NCBI GenBank assembly: GCA_016199185.1
Contig: JACQHE010000039.1
Location: 1-41,943 of the forward strand
DNA: 41,943 nt
Direction: 5' to 3'
From: Candidatus Gottesmanbacteria bacterium
GTDB taxonomy: Bacteria > Patescibacteriota > Microgenomatia > UBA10105 > UBA927
The notes beneath the pieces are model-generated. The model did not search any database. It was not told the origin of the DNA and saw nothing but the letters and a program-made list of their open reading frames with translations. Position numbers and translations under genes: made by a program. Positions 36,776 to 41,943 of the stretch are shown here, one piece after another. The first letter of the stretch is position 1; each line of letters starts with the position of its first letter.

Positions 36776-37368
36776 TGCAAAAACACATTCTTGCCCATTT
36801 CCGCGCCGTTGACCCCGTGCTTTTTTCTTTGGCCCAGACGATTACTTTTGAAGAGCATCCCATTCGCTCTCCCGATCTCTATTTTGTCAGTCTTTGCTCC
36901 GAAATCATCGGCCAGCAGCTGTCCGGCAGGGTAGCAGATGTGTTGTTTGAGCGCTTTGAGAAGCTCTTTTCCCGCAGGCGCGTCACGCCGCGAGGAGTCC
37001 TTAGACTGTCAGAAGAAACGCTTCGCGGGACGGGTATGAGTTGGTCCAAAGCGCGATTCATCCGCGATCTTGCCCAAAAAGTTCTTTCCAAATCCATCCA
37101 ATTAGCCCAATTACCCGATCAAGATGTCATAAAAGAATTAACGAAAGTCAAAGGCATCGGCCCCTGGACGGCGGAGATGTTCCTCATGTTTACCCTGGGG
37201 CGGGAAGACGTATTTTCCTACGGCGACCTGGGCTTACGCAAAGCGATGAAGAAGTTATACGGTTTCAAAAAAGATCCGACGGTCAGGCAAATGGAGCGTA
37301 TCGTCAACAAGTGGAAACCCTACCGTACCTTCGCCGCCCGCATCCTCTGGAAGAGCCTGGAGCTGTAG
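36775..37368 (+). CDS. alkA: DNA-3-methyladenine glycosylase II (AlkA/HhH-GPD family)
   Basis: IIGQQLS, HhH motif VKGIGPWTAEM, DLGLRK, WKPYRT; TAATG overlap with the rpsG stop. Confidence 0.9.
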   Translation: MQKHILAHFRAVDPVLFSLAQTITFEEHPIRSPDLYFVSLCSEIIGQQLSGRVADVLFERFEKLFSRRRVTPRGVLRLSEETLRGTGMSWSKARFIRDLAQKVLSKSIQLAQLPDQDVIKELTKVKGIGPWTAEMFLMFTLGREDVFSYGDLGLRKAMKKLYGFKKDPTVRQMERIVNKWKPYRTFAARILWKSLEL

Positions 37369-37375
37369 GTGTTTT

Positions 37376-37428
37376 TGTCATCCCGGCCGAAGCCTGCCCC
37401 GTACCCCGATACGGGGAGCCGGGATCCA
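37376..37428 (+). repeat. TGTC-tagged REP-like palindrome (intergenic)
   Basis: tgtc-atcccggc...ccccgta ccccga tacgggg...gccgggat-cca; same architecture as 13295-13344. Confidence 0.8.
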
Positions 37429-37587
37429 TTCTTTCTTGCCCCTATTTCCCTTATCTCCCATATATATCCAAAACTTGCTTTTTGCAGAGATATATCCAGA
37501 CGCTTGCGTTGCAGCGCTTACAGACGTTGAAAAGCAGTTAGCCGCTATGGAGGACGCGTAGGTGGATGATGCCTTTGGTTAATCGAT

Positions 37588-39216
<1,629 letters not shown>

Positions 39217-39257
39217 GCCATCATGCTACCGGAAGATATTGTAATCTGTCAAACAAA

Positions 39258-40019
39258 TTAGTTTGCAAGCCAGCCGCCGTCGATGTAGAGCGTGGCGCCG
39301 GTGGTGTAGCTTGCTTCCTGGGAGGCGAGGAAGACGACGGCCGCGGCGATTTCTTCGGGCTTTCCGGCCCGTTTGAGTGGCGCCCGGGCGAGCAGCCCTT
39401 CTGCCTGTTTGGGGTCTTTGAGAAGTCCTTCGGTCATCTCTGTTTCAATAACTCCCGGACCGATACAGTTGACGAGGATTCCCATAGGCGCAAGCTCAAT
39501 AGCAAGCGCTTCAGTCATAGCAACGATACCTCCTTTGCTTGCACAGTAGTGCGCAACCGAAGGAAATCCGACGCCTACGCCGCCGGAGGCTATCGAAGCA
39601 ATGTTTATAATTCTTCCCCAGTTATGCCTCGTCATTTCTCGCGCAGCTAGTTGAGCAGACAGAAAATATCCCTTCAGATTGGTGTCGATCGTCTTATCCC
39701 ACTGCTCTTCCGTCATATCCAGAAATGGGACAAACTCGGCAACCCCGGCGTTATTGAGGAGAATATCCAGCCTCCGGTACATTTCTATGGTCTTGGCTAC
39801 AGCAGCAGTAATAGTGTCTTTTTTGGTGACGTCCATCATGACGGGCAAGGATTCACGCCCGAGGGTCACGATTTCCTTGGCAAGTTCTTGGAGTCTGTCC
39901 ACCCGCCGCGCCGCCACCACAACCGTTGCTCCTTGTTTTGCAAGAGCGAGAGCAGAAGCTCTTCCGATGCCACTACTGGCTCCCGTCACAAGTGCTACTT
40001 TTCCGGTCAGATCAAACAT
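39258..40019 (-). CDS. SDR family oxidoreductase (FabG-like)
   Basis: TGASSGIG, LLNNAG, YCASK, PGVIETEM, IDGG. Confidence 0.95.
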   Translation of the reverse strand: MFDLTGKVALVTGASSGIGRASALALAKQGATVVVAARRVDRLQELAKEIVTLGRESLPVMMDVTKKDTITAAVAKTIEMYRRLDILLNNAGVAEFVPFLDMTEEQWDKTIDTNLKGYFLSAQLAAREMTRHNWGRIINIASIASGGVGVGFPSVAHYCASKGGIVAMTEALAIELAPMGILVNCIGPGVIETEMTEGLLKDPKQAEGLLARAPLKRAGKPEEIAAAVVFLASQEASYTTGATLYIDGGWLAN

Positions 40020-40023
40020 GGTT

Positions 40024-40650
40024 TTATTGTACTGCTTTCTCTACTGTTTTTTTCAAATCATCAGGACTAACTACTGTGAGTTTCACTCCATTGAAAAAAA
40101 ATGACGGCGTTCCCGGTAGCCCCAATCGGATAGCTGCCGTCTCGTCGCGGTCGATTTTTGCTTTGATTTCTTGCGAGTTTAGCGCCGCATCAAACCGTAC
40201 GCGGTCAAGTTTCAGTTCGTCGGCTAAGCTTGCCCAGAGACTCCCGGAAAGCTTATCCTGATTGTCAAACAGGAGCTTGGCCATCTCCCAAAACTTTCCT
40301 TGTAAACCGGCCGCCTCGGCGGCCATTGCTGCGGGTTTGGCAAACTCGTGTTTTGAGAGCGGAAAATGTCGGTATACGAAGAGAAGTTTATCTGAGTACT
40401 TCGTGACGAGTTCATCGACAACCGGAGAAAATGCATGGCACGCCGGGCACTGGAAGTCAGAAAACTCCACAAGCCAGGCCGAGGCCGACGCATTGCCGAT
40501 GCTGAAGGAGTCAGGAGCGACCAGTTCTTCCCGCGCAAGAGGCTTGGGTGGGGCAGCGGGTTTACTAAAGAAAAAAACCGCGCCGCCGATGATGGCCACT
40601 GTTACCGCCAGAATCCCCAAGAATATTTTTGATTCGCCGGTTAGTCTCAT
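40024..40650 (-). CDS. DsbA-family thioredoxin-fold protein
   Basis: TM anchor; EFSDFQCPAC; YRHFPL; GTPSFF. Confidence 0.92.
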   Translation of the reverse strand: MRLTGESKIFLGILAVTVAIIGGAVFFFSKPAAPPKPLAREELVAPDSFSIGNASASAWLVEFSDFQCPACHAFSPVVDELVTKYSDKLLFVYRHFPLSKHEFAKPAAMAAEAAGLQGKFWEMAKLLFDNQDKLSGSLWASLADELKLDRVRFDAALNSQEIKAKIDRDETAAIRLGLPGTPSFFFNGVKLTVVSPDDLKKTVEKAVQ

Positions 40651-41057
40651 TACTTGTTACGATACTCCACCCACGCCAGCGTCGCAATACCCACCATGTT
40701 GACTGCTGAAACCGCGCACCACGTACATACCCCGCGGATGACGAAAAGCTCCGTGTAGGTGAACCATACCACGAAGGCGACGCCGCCGGTTGCAATCCCC
40801 ACGATCCATGGCAAAAGCTGCCTCTCAAGTTTCGTCGATGTAGTTCGAAGAAACGCAAGCGTTGCCAGCATCGTGTATCCCACGAGGCCGTAGCCGGGCA
40901 CCGGTATTCCAAACAGCCGGCTCGCCGGGCTTTTCCGTACGATCTCGCACCCAGAGTTAATGCACACGATGGGTGCGTCTCGCAGAAAACTCTGGAGGAC
41001 ATAGACGGCAATGGCAACACCAGCAATTGATAGAATAAATATCAGACGATTCTTCAT
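40650..41057 (-). CDS. Vitamin K epoxide reductase (VKOR) family protein
   Basis: CINSGC loop Cys pair; FGIPV; CTWC active site. Confidence 0.9.
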   Translation of the reverse strand: MKNRLIFILSIAGVAIAVYVLQSFLRDAPIVCINSGCEIVRKSPASRLFGIPVPGYGLVGYTMLATLAFLRTTSTKLERQLLPWIVGIATGGVAFVVWFTYTELFVIRGVCTWCAVSAVNMVGIATLAWVEYRNK

Positions 41058-41090
41058 ATTTTCTTTTTATATCATTTTGGATAAAAATTA

Positions 41091-41106
41091 TGTGTGATAT
41101 ATTACA
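41091..41106. promoter_or_regulatory. Crp/Fnr-type operator candidate
   Basis: TGTGT-N6-TTACA matches TGTGA-N6-TCACA at 8/10; the core TGTGATATATTACA is near-palindromic; it lies between the divergent VKOR and Crp genes. Confidence 0.5.
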
Positions 41107-41140
41107 TCTAAAATAGGTGGATAGATATATATTGTATTGT

Positions 41141-41797
41141 ATGCAGGCACAGGATTTTTTCACTACATATACATCCCTTGCGTATAAAAAAGGTGAGATG
41201 ATTCTTCGGGCGGATGATCCACCGTACGGTGTGTATTATATTGAAAAAGGAGTCGTACGACAGTACGCCATCAACGGTTCCGGTGAAACACTCATGCTTC
41301 AGCTGTATCGACCCGGCGCGTTTTTTCCCATGACGTGGGTCGTCAACGACACGCCCAACCGCTACTTTTTTGAAGCGGCAACCCCTGTCTCCATCCGGCG
41401 CGCGCCGCGCCAAGACGTGCGCAGGTTTTTGGATCAACATCCGCAGGTCGTCAAGGATTTCCTCGAGCGCCTTCTTACCGGAGTTGTTGGCCTCTGGTCG
41501 CGCATTGAGCAGTTGGTGCTTGAGTCCGCCTACGTCAAGACCATCCTCCTTCTCCTTTATTACGCGCGCAAGTTTGGGCAGCGCACCAAGGGGGGAGTAA
41601 CTCTTGAACTATCTCCAACCCATCGGGAGATAGCCGCCTGGATCGGTACCACGCGCGAAACGGCAAGCCTGCAAGTTGAGGCACTTAAGCGAAAAAAACT
41701 CCTTCGTTCCCGCGGTCGACAGCTGATCATTCCATCGCTTGCCGCACTTGAAAAAGAACTCTCCGCCACCCGCCCCGTCCGAGCACCGCACGAATAG
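41141..41797 (+). CDS. Crp/Fnr family transcriptional regulator
   Basis: YKKGEMIL...VYYIEKGVV cNMP-type domain; HTH THREIAAWIGTTRETAS; alternative GTG start at 41117. Confidence 0.92.
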   Translation: MQAQDFFTTYTSLAYKKGEMILRADDPPYGVYYIEKGVVRQYAINGSGETLMLQLYRPGAFFPMTWVVNDTPNRYFFEAATPVSIRRAPRQDVRRFLDQHPQVVKDFLERLLTGVVGLWSRIEQLVLESAYVKTILLLLYYARKFGQRTKGGVTLELSPTHREIAAWIGTTRETASLQVEALKRKKLLRSRGRQLIIPSLAALEKELSATRPVRAPHE

Positions 41798-41943
41798 TCT
41801 CGTTTGTTGTCCCAACTTCGCCAGTCTTCGAGGCTAAAGTGGTAGTTTGTGGCCACCATATCTTTGACTGTTACTGATGTGTTGGTTGCGCCTCAAGGAG
41901 CCGGAGCTGCCAGCGTGACGCACGATCTTTCCTCGGTCTACCC

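Noticed and set aside
41798..41943. Gene fragment at the right edge
   Set aside because: No frame gave a recognisable protein within the available sequence.

Overview
A 41.9 kb bacterial chromosomal window. It most likely comes from a Patescibacteria/CPR genome of the Microgenomates type; this is inferred from the short AlaRS, the PilM/FtsA-baseplate-J fusion next to a sortase, the AMP-phosphorylase-type gene and the divergent RNA polymerase motifs. Housekeeping blocks: ftsK-rodZ-like, alaS, mltG, dus, rpoB-rpoC-rpsL-rpsG with alkA in the usual fusA position, and a Crp-linked VKOR/DsbA/SDR/DipZ thiol-redox module. A minus-strand accessory cluster (5.3-10.7 kb) carries gene remnants and a 37-aa, 9-Cys metallothionein-like peptide missed by the ORF track. 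An AT-rich defence-like island (about 19.3-26.9 kb) holds a DUF3800 gene with a candidate antisense structured RNA inside a 45-bp direct repeat, a type IIG-like R-M fusion, a frameshifted Abi/HEPN-like gene, a Bro-N protein and a Pol-beta nucleotidyltransferase. Four long imperfect hairpins built from 7-nt units fill most or all of their stop-to-start gaps. Three TGTC-tagged REP-like palindromes are present, two of them in frame inside proteins. Many genes have -10 boxes 6-8 nt from the start codon, suggesting leaderless mRNAs. No rRNA, tRNA, CRISPR array, transposase or integrase was seen. All family calls come from recognising motifs by eye, not from database searches.
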